Positions 11,570 through 25,208 are shown, numbered from the stretch's first letter. The stretch is 64,000 nucleotides of DNA from Octopus sinensis (GCF_006345805.1 NC_042997.1:193998001-194062000); one strand, 5' to 3'. Program-made: numbers and translations. The notes: generated from the letters alone by a model not told the origin.

Positions 11570-11970
11570 GGTTTTTACCACCGCCTTCGCTCAGGCTGAG
11601 ATATTGTTTTCAGTCTTGTTTGTTTGTTTGTTTGCTTGTTTGCTTGTTTGCTTGTTTGTCCGTGGACAAGATATCTCAAGAACCACTGCATGGATGGATT
11701 CGGATGAAACTTTCAGGGATGTTTGGCCTCATGACTGGCACGAACTGATAAGATTTTGGGAATCCGGTACCGAACAGGGATGCTAGGTTAATTTTCCGGT
11801 TTTTTACTTAATTTTTGAGAGTATCGGGTTCATTTTTAGTATTATAGTTTGTGAGAGCAGTCGAGTTTATTTCAGATATTCTCATTTTAAAAATCATCTC
11901 CGGCTAGTTGTTGAGAGGACGTTGGTGTTTCCTCGGCAGAGGTTTGCGGTCCATGAGTGCTCTTGTTCAT
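11570..11970 (+). mobile_element. Helentron-associated (HINE/DINE-1-like) non-autonomous element
   Basis: ACCACCGCC...GGCAGAGGT subterminal inverted motif, internal (TTTG)n, T-rich flanks; family resemblance from memory. Confidence 0.5.
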
Positions 11971-12062
11971 TTTCCTTTTATTTTACTTTCATTTAATTTT
12001 CCCTCTTTAAACTGTCACGTACACTAGTATATTTTTTTTATTATACTTACTTACTTTTACTT

Positions 12063-12300
12063 ACTATACTTTTACTTGTTTCGGTCATTTGACTGCGGCC
12101 ATGCTGGAGCACCGCCTTTAGTCGAGCAAATCGACCCCCAGAACTTATTCTTTGTAAGCCTAGTACTTATTCTATCGGTCTCTTTTGCTGAACCGCTAAG
12201 TAACGGGGACGTAAACACACCAGCATCGGTTGTGAAGCGATGTTGGCTGGGGGGGGGGGGGGAACAAACACAGATATACAAACATATACACACACATATA
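12063..12300 (-). mobile_element. SINE family B, 3' half
   Basis: Matches the family B tail seen at 16325 and 37970. Confidence 0.85.
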
Positions 12301-12304
12301 TACA

Positions 12305-13140
12305 TGTTCGAGAGATGGAATGACTGGTAGGATGAATGTGAGTATAAATGATGAGATGTTAGAGGAGATGAGTGTTTTTAAGCCTCTGGGATCATATGTG
12401 ATGGCGGATTGGGGAGGTGATTGGCTGAGGAGGTAGGATACAGTGAGGGAGGGGAGCAAGATACTTGGAGTTATGAAAGGTATGCGGAGAGATAAAAGGT
12501 TGAGTTCGAAAGCGAAAAGAGGTCTGTATGAGGGCATGACTGTGCCGACAATGTTATATGGTGCAGAGACGTGGGGGATGAGAGAAGCAGAAAGGAGGTG
12601 ACTGGATGTATTTGAGATGGGATGTCTGAGGGCTATGGTTGGTGTGACACGGATGGACAGGATTAAGAATGAGGAGGTGCGAAGACGAGCAGGAATGAGA
12701 GAAAAACTGACAATCAAATTGGATAGACGAATGTTGAGGTGGTTTGGCCACATGGAGAGGATGGTAAGGAGGGTAATGAAGGCAGAAGTGGAAGGCAGCA
12801 GAACCTGGGGTGGACCTCGGTTTGTGAGGATGGATGGAGTGATGAACACTTTGGTGGTTAGAAGTGTTGGAGTGAGAGAGGCAAGAGAGTTTATAAATGA
12901 TAGGAAAGCTTGGAGAGTGTTGGTGGACAGATGAGAGAATTTTGAATTTGCTCAGAAGGATACAGAACCAGCATGATGCAGCAGGGGTAAATAGTATATG
13001 CTGTCGGGCCCCACTGCTGATACTGGGGGTTGCCTTCTATGCCTTGACCCAAGCATAGAACGGGGCTCACCCCATTGAGCTGGGAAATGGATGGAATGCT
13101 TAGTGTGTGCTTTGTGGCTACACAATCCTAAAGAAATGGG
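12305..13140 (+). mobile_element. RTE-clade LINE 3' fragment
   Basis: PTMLYGAETW, RMDRIKNEEVR, LRWFGHMER, DRKAWR motifs. Confidence 0.85.
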
Positions 13141-13509
13141 AACTAGTCTTGGGCATATATATTGAAATAATTTTCTGCGTTAATTCCGATCTTGTTATTT
13201 ATCTGTTCCAGAAAAATTGCAGAAAAATGTTATTGATGTTTACAGTTTAATCAATTTGACCCAATCAGAAAACTGGATTTCGAAGCTGGCATTTTCTGCA
13301 TGATAGCTGTCTATCATAAAATGAGAGCAAAATCATTACGAGGAGGAATTTTTATTAAACAAACGAAAGCAAAGCATTACGGCAACCAAAGTTGTTAAGA
13401 ACTTCTGAAGTTTTGATAAGTTTTAATGAATGATGTCATGCAACGGGCCTTTCAGTTTCTGTCTATCAAATCCACTATAGTGGCTATAGTAGAAGACACT
13501 TGCCCAAGG

Positions 13510-13900
<391 letters not shown>

Positions 13901-14002
13901 TAGACTCACAGACTACAAAAAAATTCTGAATATGTAAATCTATAGTTTTAAGTTATGGACCTAATATTTCAAGTTACTCTAATTATCAAAATAGCTTAGG
14001 TA

Positions 14003-14375
14003 CAGCCATGGCTGTGGGGTTATGAAGTTCACTTTGGAGCAACATGGTTCTGGGTTCAGTTCCATTGCGTGGCATCTTGGCCAAGTGTCTTCTATAGCTG
14101 CAATTGACAAATACCATGTTGTAAATTTGGTAGACGGAAACTGTGTGGAAGCTCGTCATATATACATGTGTTTTTTGTGTCTTCGTATCTGTTTTTGTCA
14201 CCCACCTTGCTTGATGCTGCTGGTTTGTTTACGCTCCTGTAACTTAGCGGCTGGGCAGCAGAGACCGATGGACTTTAAAACAATAAGTACTGAGATCGAT
14301 TTGTTCGACTAAAGCGGTGCCCCAGTATGGCCGCAGACCAACAACTGAAATAAGTAAAGGACAAAAGATGCCTAA
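14003..14375 (+). mobile_element. SINE family B (diverged)
   Basis: Head GGGTTCAGTTCC, body CTTGGCCAAGTGTCTT, tail CCCAGTATGGCCGCAG. Confidence 0.75.
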
Positions 14376-15119
14376 CCAGGATGTCATTATAGCGATGAAT
14401 TACAACCTCATTCTTAGTTTGTAAACTATTGAACTGACGAAATTTAAACAATATTAAGACATTGAGAAAAACAACGCTCTTTAATATTTTGAAAACAATC
14501 GCATTTCTGTTCTCGTACATAAATACTCCTTACTCAGACGAGAAAATACCATGAAGAAGGATATCCTGAAGAGTTCCCGGGCAAATACATGAATACAGCT
14601 CTGTGCTACACCCGCCCAGAAAAGACCTGGTTGACCTGATATTTGAGGAAAACTGAAGAGCAGTGTTCCTGCTAAGCTGTATCATCGTGAGCGCGCACAC
14701 GTTTTACAGTTAGCGCTTAAGAAAAAAGGAAAATGTGTGCGCCCAAGGTTTTCAAGATAAAATCGAGGTCCTTTTAACTGAAAAACACTTAGCGATGGTT
14801 AGTCACATGGCTGTGTTCAGATTTTGCAAAATAAAACAAAATTGCACACGAGCAGGTATGGTTATACGGTTAAGAAGATCGCTTGGCCACTGTATGGTTT
14901 CGGGTTCAATCCCACTGCGTGATACCTTGTTCAACTAATACCTTGTGAATAAATTTGGTAGTCGGAAACTGTATAGAAGCCGGTCTATTAATGTGTGTGT
15001 GTATATATATATATATAGTGGAAATTTACAGAAAAACAAAAGACGAAGACAGGTGTAAGAACAACAAGCATATGTATTAGTTTGACGCTCATACATACAT
15101 ACATACATACATACATACA

Positions 15120-15197
<78 letters not shown>

Positions 15198-15198
<1 letters not shown>

Positions 15199-15400
15199 GG
15201 GAGAATTCACAGAATAAATACAAAAGACGAAGACAGGTGGTGTAGACACCAAACAGATGCATTAGTATAACGCTCGGGAAGTGAAAAAGTCTTTAACGTT
15301 TCGAGCCTACGCTCTTCCACAGAAAGGAACACAGAAAGAAACAAGGAGAGAAAATAATGTGCAGTGGCTAGCGATCTATCATGGCGAATCGCACATATAA
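15198..15400 (-). mobile_element. TA-inserted Penelope-type terminal repeat with a hammerhead-like motif (15291-15326)
   Basis: CTTT-CTGTGGA-a.gag.cgtagg.ctc-GAAACGT-T|AAAG; near-identical to 48030-48232. Confidence 0.65.
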
Positions 15401-15914
15401 AAGAAGAGAGAGGGAGAAGAAGGAAGTGTGTGTGAGGGAGGGAGAGAGGAGGGAGAGACAGACAGACAGACAGACAACGGTGGGTGAGAGGCATAAAAAT
15501 AGAGAATTATAAAAGCTTTTGATGTCAAGTAAGTCAGCGTCGAATCAGCGACTCGAAACAAACGCTGCCAAAACGATTGTCCAAAACGTCTCACGGCTAT
15601 TATTGGGTTAGCAATGCCTACAGAATTTAGAATGTTCCAGCAAATTTGCCGCCTGTAGTCATTTGCTCATTATCTGGCTTCCTTTTGTAATCTATTTTGT
15701 TTTGCTATTTTAAGACTCTTCCTTTTATATATTTTGTTATAATCAGAAATACAGTTTAGTTTTATGCAGTCAATAGATCTACTTTGTTGATTTACTTTGT
15801 TTGGGTGAAGTCATTAGTGTTTCCTTGCCAATTCTAAACGGCAGTTTACTTATCTTGAAATACTTAATTTAAATAACAGAATACTGGCTCAGACACTTAG
15901 TTAAAATTAATCTT

Positions 15915-16205
15915 TTCTACTCTACACAAAGTCGACCTCGGCGGAATTTTAACTCAGAACGCAAAGACAAATGAAATACCTACCGCTAAGCATTTCGCCC
16001 GGCGTGCTAACGTTTCTTATTTCTTTATTACCCACATAGAGAGAACAAACAAGGACAGACAAACGGATTAAGTCGATTACATCGACCCCAGTGCGTAACT
16101 TATTTAATCGACCCCGAAAAGATGAAAGGCAAAGACGACCTCGGCGGAATTTGAACCCAGAACGTAACGGCAGACGAAATACTGCTAAGTATTTCGCCCG
16201 GCATT
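15915..16205 (-). mobile_element. SINE family A dimer
   Basis: Two partial units joined tail-to-head. Confidence 0.8.
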
Positions 16206-16324
16206 ATCTAATGTATATCTCCTCTTTTTAAAGAGTAGTGTGCAATCTAAAGGAGATTTTTTGCTGTTTCTAGCTGGTCGAATGCCACTCCTGCGTTGGC
16301 TCACTAAGTGCTTACTTCTAACTC

Positions 16325-16745
16325 TTTACTCTTTACTCTTTTACTCTTTTACTTGTTTCAGTCATTTGACTGCGGCCATGCTGGAGCACCGCCTTTAGTC
16401 GAGCAAATCAGCCCCGGGACTTATTCTCTGTAAGCCCAGTACTTATTCTATCGGTCTCTTTTGCCGAACCGCTAAGTGACGGGGACGTAAACACGCCAGC
16501 ATCGGTTGTCAAGCAATGCTAGGGGGACAGACACACAAACACACACACATACACATACACATATATATATATATATATATATACGACAGGCTTCTTTCAG
16601 TTTCCGTCTACCAAATCCACTCACAAGGCATTGGTCGGCCCGGGGCTATAGCAGAAGACACTTGCCCAAGATGCCACGCAGTGGGACTGAACCCGGAACC
16701 ATGTGGTTGGTTAGCAAGCTATTTGCCACACAGCCACTCCTTGGC
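16325..16745 (-). mobile_element. SINE family B, near full length
   Basis: tRNA-like head, internal (TA)/(CA) tract, CR1-like tail ending in (GAGTAAAA)n. Confidence 0.9.
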
Positions 16746-17402
16746 CTATTGAGCTTTTAACTGTTGAGTTTTTCTTGTGAAATCCTCGTGCTGCATCAAA
16801 TTCGGTTTTTTTTAAAACTTAATTCAGAGAAAGGACTGTGACCACGACTTTTCTGTGATCTCCCAGATTGGTCACTTCAGTTTATTATGATGGTGGTCAC
16901 TTCAGTGTATTATGATGGTTAGATGTGTGGCAGCAGAGCAATTTCGAGTATGTGAGTAATATGTTAATATGGGGCATAGTTGATTCGTAACTGGCCAGTG
17001 AGTTTAACTATTTTTAGGTCTTAAGGAGAAAGTCTAGCCATTGGCATACACATAGATTTAACGAGAGATATCTACGTTGCATCCGGGTAACGCCTGTGCG
17101 CGGTATTCTGCGATAAATGAAAAGTGTTAACATCTGCAATTAAATAAGCGTTGTCAGAGGTCACTGCAAACAGAACGTTACTGTACTGGACGAAATATTT
17201 GGAAGACGTATCCGAATGTTGGGATACGCCAAAGTTGATAGTATGAATCACAAAGAATACCACCGGCGCTTGTGGAGGTGATGTCATCTCACAGGAAGTT
17301 TCCAAACGAATTTATTTGGCGACCCAATATGAGAGATGTGATCCACCTAAAAAAATGCTTCAATTGTCTCAGGAAGAGTTTACTTGTTCCAGTCATTAGA
17401 CT

Positions 17403-17660
17403 GTGGAGGCGCGTGGCTTAGTGGTTAGGGTGTCAGCATCATGATCGTAAGATTGTGGTTTCGATTCTTGGACCGGGCGATGCGTTATGTTCTTGAGCAA
17501 AACACTTCATTTCACGTTGCTCTAGTCCACTCAGCTGGCAAAAATGAGTAACGCTGAGATGGACTGGCGTCCCGTCCAGCTGGGGAACACATACGCCATT
17601 GAAACCGGGAAACTGGGCCCATAAGCCTGGATAGGTTTTAAGAGGGCGCTTTATTTTTTT
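17403..17660 (+). mobile_element. SINE family C
   Basis: Homologous to 3838-4095. Confidence 0.85.
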
Positions 17661-17689
17661 ATATTTTTTTAGTCATTAGACTGCAGCCA

Positions 17690-17910
17690 TAAGACGGCGA
17701 GCTGGCAGAAACATTAGAACTAAGGGCGAAATACTTAGCGGTATTTCGTCTGTCTTTACGCTCTTAGTTCAAATTCCGCTAAGGTCTACTTTGCCTCTCA
17801 TCATTTCCGTGTCGATAAATTAAATACCAGTTGCGTACTGGGGTCGATCTAATCGACTGGCCCCTCCCCCAAACTTTCAGGCCTTGTGCCTAGATTAGAA
17901 AAGAATTAGA
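17690..17910 (+). mobile_element. SINE family A (alternative tail)
   Basis: Family A head and core. Confidence 0.8.
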
Positions 17911-17934
17911 CTGCTGGGGCACTGCTTTGAAGAA

Positions 17935-18450
17935 TTTTAGCCAAATGAATCAAGCCCAGGACTTTTTTTTGAAGCCTGGTACTTATTCTCTCGGTCTCTT
18001 TTGTCGAACCGCTCCGTTACGGGGGAGGTAAACAGACCAGCACCGACTGTCACGCGGTGGGACAACACACAGACACAGACACACACGTACATATACAAGT
18101 GGATGAGTGGTAAGAAGTTTACTTCCAAACCACATGGTTCCGGGTTCAGTCCCCTTGCATGGCACCTTGGAGCAAGTGTCTTCTATTATAGCCTCGATAG
18201 ATGGAAACTGAAAGAATCCCATAGTATGTATATATATATGTGTGTGTATTTGTGTGTCTGTCCTCCACCATTGCTTGACAACCGATGTTGGAGTGCTTAA
18301 GTCCCCGTAATATAGCAGTTCGGCAAAAAAGAACGATAGAGTAAGTACTGGACATACTCAGAATAAGTTCTCGGGTTGATTTGTTAGACTAAAGGTGGTG
18401 ATCCAGCATGACCACCGTCAGAATGACTGAAGCGTGTAAAAGAATAAAAG
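17935..18450. mobile_element. Two nested/opposed SINE family B fragments
   Basis: Minus-strand tail at 17935-18090 next to a plus-strand copy at 18100-18450. Confidence 0.7.
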
Positions 18451-19675
18451 AAAGCATATATATAGTATTAATTTGAAAGAGACAAGTTCCAGGGTCAATA
18501 ATACTCCTAATCAAAGTCGGATAAGTAATTGCATAAATACATATAGATAAATTAAGAAGTCCGAGCTGATGTGATAACAGTTCCCGATAATCCAAAAGAG
18601 AAGTCCTCAAATTATTCGTGGGATTGTAAAAATATGTTTAAGAATATAGTTATTATATACAAATATAAACATTTCATAAATTCCGGGATTCCATGTTGTT
18701 GGGCGAATGTTCATAGTGTAAGAAAAATTTCAAAAAAAAAACGATAAATAAATAAAAAAATTACGAGGTTTATGAAATATGTGCTAATATAAACTAGGAC
18801 GAGTTCAAAATTTGGTGGGATAAGATGATTAAAATGTATAGATAAAATAATGATTATAATGAGAAGAATTTAAAAGTAGAAAAGTACTTATGTCAACATG
18901 AAATCAAACACTCTGAGATCTTGTGTAAGAATAAAAAGAGTGGTTACCTAGTTACTTACACTTGGAAGACAATATGTAGAGTGTAGTTTTCAACTATCTA
19001 GAATAAAATCTACTGGGAGTTTTCGACTGTATTGTAGTTAATAGTGATAAATCTACTAAATTCTCAATATACTGGAACCATATATCCAGCTTTATCTACA
19101 CAAAAAGGTAGGGTGTAGGTTAGTAATAAGGGAATGCCTGATGGGAAAGGGGTGATAATTGGAAGAAAGAAGGATAAGAAGGGCCATTTGGATTATTATG
19201 TTAAAGGGGCAGATAATGAAAAACCGAAGGGATAAGCAATATAAATTCAGAGAATAAGGGAGGTAGTATATTATAACCTAGCAAATTTGTAATGTTAAAG
19301 CTAGAAAATTAAAATCAATATATAGAAGGCTAGAAATTAAATTCAAAATTTAATAACGGGATACTTTAATGTATAAGAAAACATATATTAAAGCTTTTCA
19401 TAAATATAGTGTATAGATCATGATAGACATATTCTCTAATGAATGTGTAACGGAATTAAATTATCATACAAATAGAAACTTATAGTATACGTTAAACTAA
19501 TATAAGAACTATTCGCTTCATTGCGGGTGGATAAATATAGGAAATCGCAAGAAATGGTATCCAATATACGGGGTAGTAAAATTAGAGATATTTCAAAAGT
19601 ATAAGGGAGTATGTTCAGATACAATATTTAATCAATATCATCTATATATATAAACTGAGGATGTGTGTGTGTGTA

Positions 19676-19739
<64 letters not shown>

Positions 19740-19852
19740 GTGTGTGTGTGTGTAAACCCTGCAGAACTTCTGAAGTTCGCAATTGATTTTCCCGAAACTG
19801 AGAACATACATTACTTATGTTCCAGAAATGGTTTTAGACTCTTAAAATTTTC

Positions 19853-20118
19853 CACATAATGAGTAATGGGGCTCCTGGGGGGAAGAAAACCCCCTTTCTT
19901 GGGGTACGTACGATTGCCCGCATAGTCCGCGCATTGCTTCTGTCCAAAATGGAGAAACAGCTACTGAAATTATATAAGTAGGCTGTATTAAATGGACGAA
20001 CCGATGTAGACTTCAAACTGCAATGTAGACTTCAAACTAAGTGGTAGCAATAATAGCCGGTTCCCATAGTCTCATTATTGGAATGAAAACTGTTTGGAAC
20101 GCACTATGTTTATAATGA
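19853..20118. repeat. Dispersed direct repeat, copy 1 (copy 2 at 22675-22939)
   Basis: About 265 bp of high similarity, including a shared internal ATGTAGACTTCAAACT duplication. Confidence 0.9.
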
Positions 20119-20284
20119 AAAATATGCTAAAATATGTTAAATCCTGAGCAACTATTTTCTTTTAGCTTCAGTATCAATGTCTTCCTTCTATGCATAGACG
20201 AAGCTCAAACAAATCTTCAGTTATTGGTTACAAACCGAAATATTGCATGTACATTAACCTACTAATTTATTGTGACTAAGGCCG

Positions 20285-20620
20285 AACCACGTTAGTGAGA
20301 GACAGTGTCCTTAACGCGACACTGCATGTCCGGACGCTACATGCAGAATTGTTTTCGTTTGGGAGCTGAGTTGTCCTCACAATGGTTGAATATTGTTTAT
20401 CTGAAGGAATGCATGGTTGAGCCACGACTATTGATTCCCAACCACATCAGCAACCCAACGTCACACGACCCAACTACGTTTGTTCGAGACTGTGTCCTTA
20501 ATATGACCTTGCGTACCCGGACGCTGCATGCAGAACTGTTTTCGTTTGGGAGCTGAGTTGTCCTCATAATGGTCGCACGTTGTTTACGCTAAGGAGTTGA
20601 GCCATGACTATTGATTCCAA
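20285..20620. repeat. Diverged tandem duplication, period about 185 bp
   Basis: GAGAC.GTGTCCTTAA...GGGAGCTGAGTTGTCCTCA...ACTATTGATTCC occurs twice. Confidence 0.85.
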
Positions 20621-20784
20621 ACCGAAATATTACATGGCAGTGTTGTTTTCAATCGCTTCCTTGCCATCCCAACCTTACCACGTCATTTCTTTCATGTAGA
20701 TTTCTCTCATGTGGTGCTGTTAAGCGCGCCCACAGGCTTAGTTCATCACATAGATGTAGTTCTATATCTGCTGATTGTTCAGCG

Positions 20785-21003
20785 CAGTGCTTTTCAAACT
20801 TTTTGCTGGAGCGGAACCCCAAGAAAACATTCCACTGGCTCGGGGAACCCCTGTGCAATAATTTAATAGTCTTATGCACACATATCTGCACAGAAGAATT
20901 TAAAATTACTGCCGATTTTAGCAGTTTTGTAACTTCTTGCGGAACCCCTGGACTGTACTGGCGGAACCCTAAGGTTCCGAGGAACCCTGGTTGAAAACCA
21001 CCG
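20785..21003. mobile_element. hAT MITE
   Basis: TIR CAGTGCTTTTCAA / TTGAAAACCACCG; perfect 8-bp TSD GTTCAGCG at 20777-20784 and 21004-21011. Confidence 0.9.
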
Positions 21004-21268
21004 GTTCAGCGTGATAGCGGCAATGCCGACAGCCGCAATGGAGAGTATATCCACTGAAAGTTTTTTGGTGCGCTCAAAAATCACATACCCCACCCACTTT
21101 TCAATGACAAGGTTAGGGCATGGAATCTTCCAAAGAGACGCATGACATCTCACTTAGTCGAAGTAGCCCTTCATTTACTCCACAAATGTTTTGTTGTCAA
21201 TGCTGCACTTCCCCATATCACATGTTTCAACTTAATTGTACCATATATACAAACTATGCCATTTAAAT

Positions 21269-21297
21269 CCCGAGGAACGCCGGGTATGACTGCTAGT
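21269..21297 (+). mobile_element. Helitron 3' terminus
   Basis: CCCG-aggaacgc-CGGG hairpin followed by CTAG|T; 5' end not located. Confidence 0.55.
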
Positions 21298-22674
21298 TAA
21301 TAATTATAAAGGGTATGAAGACTTGTACAACCACAAAGCTTAATTTATAGTTATATACAACATACTTTAATGACCTACACGTGTTTCCGTTGCTGAGTCA
21401 ATAACAATAGCTATTCTATTGACTGGGAACTAATTAGTACTACTTAGCCTTATCAAAAAATTGATGCGACTTTCGCGCAGAGGAGCTTTACCAAATATTT
21501 ACATCAAAATGCACATTAATTAATACAAGGATCCATTCTTTCTCATTCACAAAAGGAGCCCCCACCCCTAAATTTTGCTTAGATTGCTTTCAATTTTGGT
21601 GTATCGATGTAATTCTGAATTTTGATCACGATTAACCAATTACTTTATCTCATAAATTAAAGAATCAGGTTGTTAGTTGGCATTAAAGTTGAGAAGTTTG
21701 GGTAATTTTAGCCAATCAACAGACGGCGTGGCATTAGCAACTTGTTACCATGTCAACTACACGCTGTGTTGTGGTTGACTGTTATCTGTGCCGCCGTTGT
21801 CTATGGCGATTTTTACACACTTAATTATTCACATTACAAGATTCATTTCCCCCGAGTGTTTTGTTTTAATTTTTCTGTGTGTGTATATTACATAATTTTC
21901 TGTGCTTCAGTGTGTTAGTATTTTTCTGTGATTTTTTTTCTGTTAGTATTTTTTGTGTGTTAGTATTTTTACATATTTCTTATTTCATATATTTTTGGGA
22001 CTCATTGACACAGATAGCTGAATTTATGATTTCACTAGGTTAATTCTGTTCATAAAAATTTTAATTAGGAGTATTTCTTAAACCGTTAGCTTCACATCTC
22101 AACAGCTTAACTGAAATTTAACCCACGCAACAGGAACTGAGAGGGATATCGTGGAACAGAGAAACTGTGGATGACACATAATTTGACGTTAATTTTGAAT
22201 TCTGCACGCAAAAACGTATGATACAGGTATTCTTTTCTTTGGGTCAAATTCTTTGTTGACCAGTGTTATTCTTATCGTAGTTAACAAATCCAAGCATCAA
22301 AACGTTACTCAACTTTGGAGTTTTGGAGACAGACGCTCCCTTCACACACACACACACACACACACATGAATGCATAAATGAACACATAAACTTATATATG
22401 AATACATACATTCACATGTACTTATATATTAATGATGTACACAAATACATGACAGGTATACATAATACTGAAGTACGCATAAAGTAAACACATTCAGACA
22501 AATGTATTAATATAACAAATTAAAAAAAATAATATTACCAATCAATGAAGAAACAAGAGAAACAGTAAGATGATGTACGTTGATTTTATTAGGTATTTCT
22601 GTTTATTTAGAAACCTACAATGAACAGGTCAGACGCTAAACTCTAAATTTCACAGGGTACAACCTCAAAGCTCT

Positions 22675-22939
22675 CACATAATGAGTAATGGGGCTTCTGG
22701 GGGCAGAAAATCCCCTTTCTTGGGGTACGTACGATTGACCGCATGGTCCACGCATTGCTTCTGTCCAAACTGGAAAAACAGCTACTGAAATGATATAAGT
22801 AGGCTGTATTAAATGGACGAACCGATGTAGACTTCAAACTGCAATGTAGACTTCAAACTAAGTGGTAGCAATAATAGCCGGTTCCCATAGTCCCATTATT
22901 GGGAAGAGAACTGTTTGGAACGCACTATGTTTATAATGA
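22675..22939. repeat. Dispersed direct repeat, copy 2
   Basis: See 19853-20118. Confidence 0.9.
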
Positions 22940-23609
22940 CTTTTCTGTCTCGCTATTGGATAAAAAGTACAATTTTTTTTATATTTAAACCTCTGTAACT
23001 TTTTTTCTCAAATTCTTTTTCTCCACAGCATCATACCTTCAAAACAAAGAGACTGGAAGGCTACATTATTATAGCAGGTTTTCAGATTTTTTACTTCCTT
23101 TTAAAAAATACATATTTTGCGAATGAAAAAAACTAGATCCAATATAAGTTACGAACAAGCCCTTTGGTGTTTACAGACGCACGGTTGAACCTTTAAGAGA
23201 TATAAAGACAATTCTAGGCAGCCAACGCCCTAGAAATAATCGGGTTTGATATCACAAATAGGAAAAACATGACCTAAACATAAAAATATTTAATAACCAT
23301 CATTAATAAAAAAAATCCCCTACACAATGTACGATACAAATAATGAGTAGCCCAACCAATAAGTTAATACAACTAAAGAACCCTTCAATGCAGACACTAC
23401 ACTGGGAATCAAAAATAACACTTACAACCATTAAAACGAACAAAAAGCTTTACAAAAGCAACAATCTCGGCCATAACCTATTTTGAGACCAAACCCTAAC
23501 TTCGGTCAACGACTGGGGGGAAGCTGAGGTCAACAGCACATACCTATAAATAACAACACTCCCCACTTCCCATTTTGTGAATGTAAAATGTTCCATACTC
23601 TTTATTATT

Positions 23610-23754
23610 GTTAACCATGATCAGCAAGGTGGTTCTCCCAGAGTGAGGCCCTTCCATTGCACTCCGGTTGGGTTGACCTTTGCGATCGCCCTAAATGTGG
23701 GCGACTCGGGTGCGCTATTTCTAAGTGTGGGGTCTGCGTTCGCGCTCACCTCGG
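23610..23754 (+). pseudogene. U1: 5'-truncated U1 snRNA copy
   Basis: ACCATGATCAGCAAGGT (SL1 loop), CCATTGCACTCCGG (U1A loop), SL3 TCGCCC/GGGCGA, SL4 GCGTTCGCGC; lacks the ATACTTACCTG 5' end. Confidence 0.9.
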
Positions 23755-23985
23755 AAATCAAACAAAGAACAGATTATTATTATTATTAATTTTAATATAC
23801 ATTCCAGACAACTTTTACTGTCCAACGGAGAATTCACGAATTATCTATCGGAAGAATTCACGGAATGACTAACAACTAAAGGTAGTCACAGACGTCAGAT
23901 ATTGATTGCTGTGGTTAGCCGTTAACTGGAACTTATCTGAGAGCTGATAGGGTGTCTACCCGTATAATATATCCCGCCAAACCTA

Positions 23986-24019
<34 letters not shown>

Positions 24020-24609
24020 TGTGTGTGTGTATGTGTGTGTGTCCACCCAACTGCGTGACAGCTGGTGCTGGTCTGTTTATGTCTCCGTAACGGAGCGGTT
24101 CGACAAAAATGACCGATAGAATAAGTACTAGGCTTTTTAAAAAACTAAGTATTGGAATCAATTCGATCGACTAAAATTCCTCAATTCTTGAAACATTCCA
24201 GCATGGCCGCAGTCTAATGACTGGAACAAATAAAAGATAGAAAAATATTTAAAATAACTATGTATTTAATACAGCTGAAAGTAGAGACGTTAACAGGATA
24301 CTAAATATGAAAGGAAGCGAAAACCAGCAAAAGAATTTCCGCAGCTGCCAGACAAGACAAGAGATAGTTACTTATGAATGAATGCATCGGCACTTTCATT
24401 ATCGCTGGTATTTTTTTTGTCAATGATTGGTCTTTACGATAGGGGTAAACACATTACTACGTCAATGAATCGGATTCGTGAAATTAAGTCAATAGACCAA
24501 CTAGAATAACCACACAAAGAACTTCTATGTTGCCATTTATCTTTTAAGTGAACCTAGTTACTTTCCACTCAAACTGAAACAACAAAGAGATAAAAGGCTG
24601 AAGTAAATT

Positions 24610-24960
24610 AGGTGTAGGCGTGCCTGTGTGGTAAGAAGTTTGCTTCCCAACCACATGGTTTCGGGTTCAGTCCCACTGCATGGTATTTTAGGCTAATGTG
24701 TTTTACGATAGCCCCGGGCCTATCAAAGTCATGTGGGTTGACATGGTATACAGAAATTGAAAGAAGCTCGTCACATATACACATAAATGTGTTTGTGTGT
24801 TTTTCCCCACAACCAATTGACAACCGGTTTTGTTTATTTACGTACATGAACTTAGCGGTTCTGTTGGGGTCGATTTGTTCGACTAATCTGACGGAACCCT
24901 TCGTGACAGTGCCCCAGCATAGCTGCAGTCTAATAAGTGAAACAAGTAAAAGATAACTGG
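24610..24960 (+). mobile_element. SINE family B (diverged)
   Basis: Head GGCGTGCCTGTGTGGTAAGAAG, B-box, tail. Confidence 0.8.
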
Positions 24961-25208
24961 TTAAAATTAACGGAAAACTTTCCTCCCTCATTTATCTCCC
25001 TCATTATTTAAATGTTAAAATAATTATGTTCTCTAATAGGCAACATTAACTGCAGTGAATTATTTACTGCAGAATAGTTTCCGGAATTTAGCGCGCCAGA
25101 ACTCTGACATTTGAAACTAACCCCAATGTAATCGCTAGAACTAAGCAGGTGTCCGGTTTTATACAGAAAACTAGTGGTTAGTTTTACAAATTATATTGTT
25201 TTTGGAAC

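Noticed and set aside
14555-14690. Two CTGAAGA motifs with short hairpins
   Set aside because: No GAAA strand or helix I
17100-17390. Possible integrase zinc-binding remnant (W.PNMRDV...C..C)
   Set aside because: Weak resemblance, no continuous frame
18600-19660. Possible decayed Penelope RT on the minus strand (YIDDI, SNYHP)
   Set aside because: Only isolated short motifs amid many stops in very AT-rich DNA
19853-22939. LTR retrotransposon interpretation of the direct repeats
   Set aside because: No TG..CA termini, PBS, PPT, TSD or gag/pol remnants
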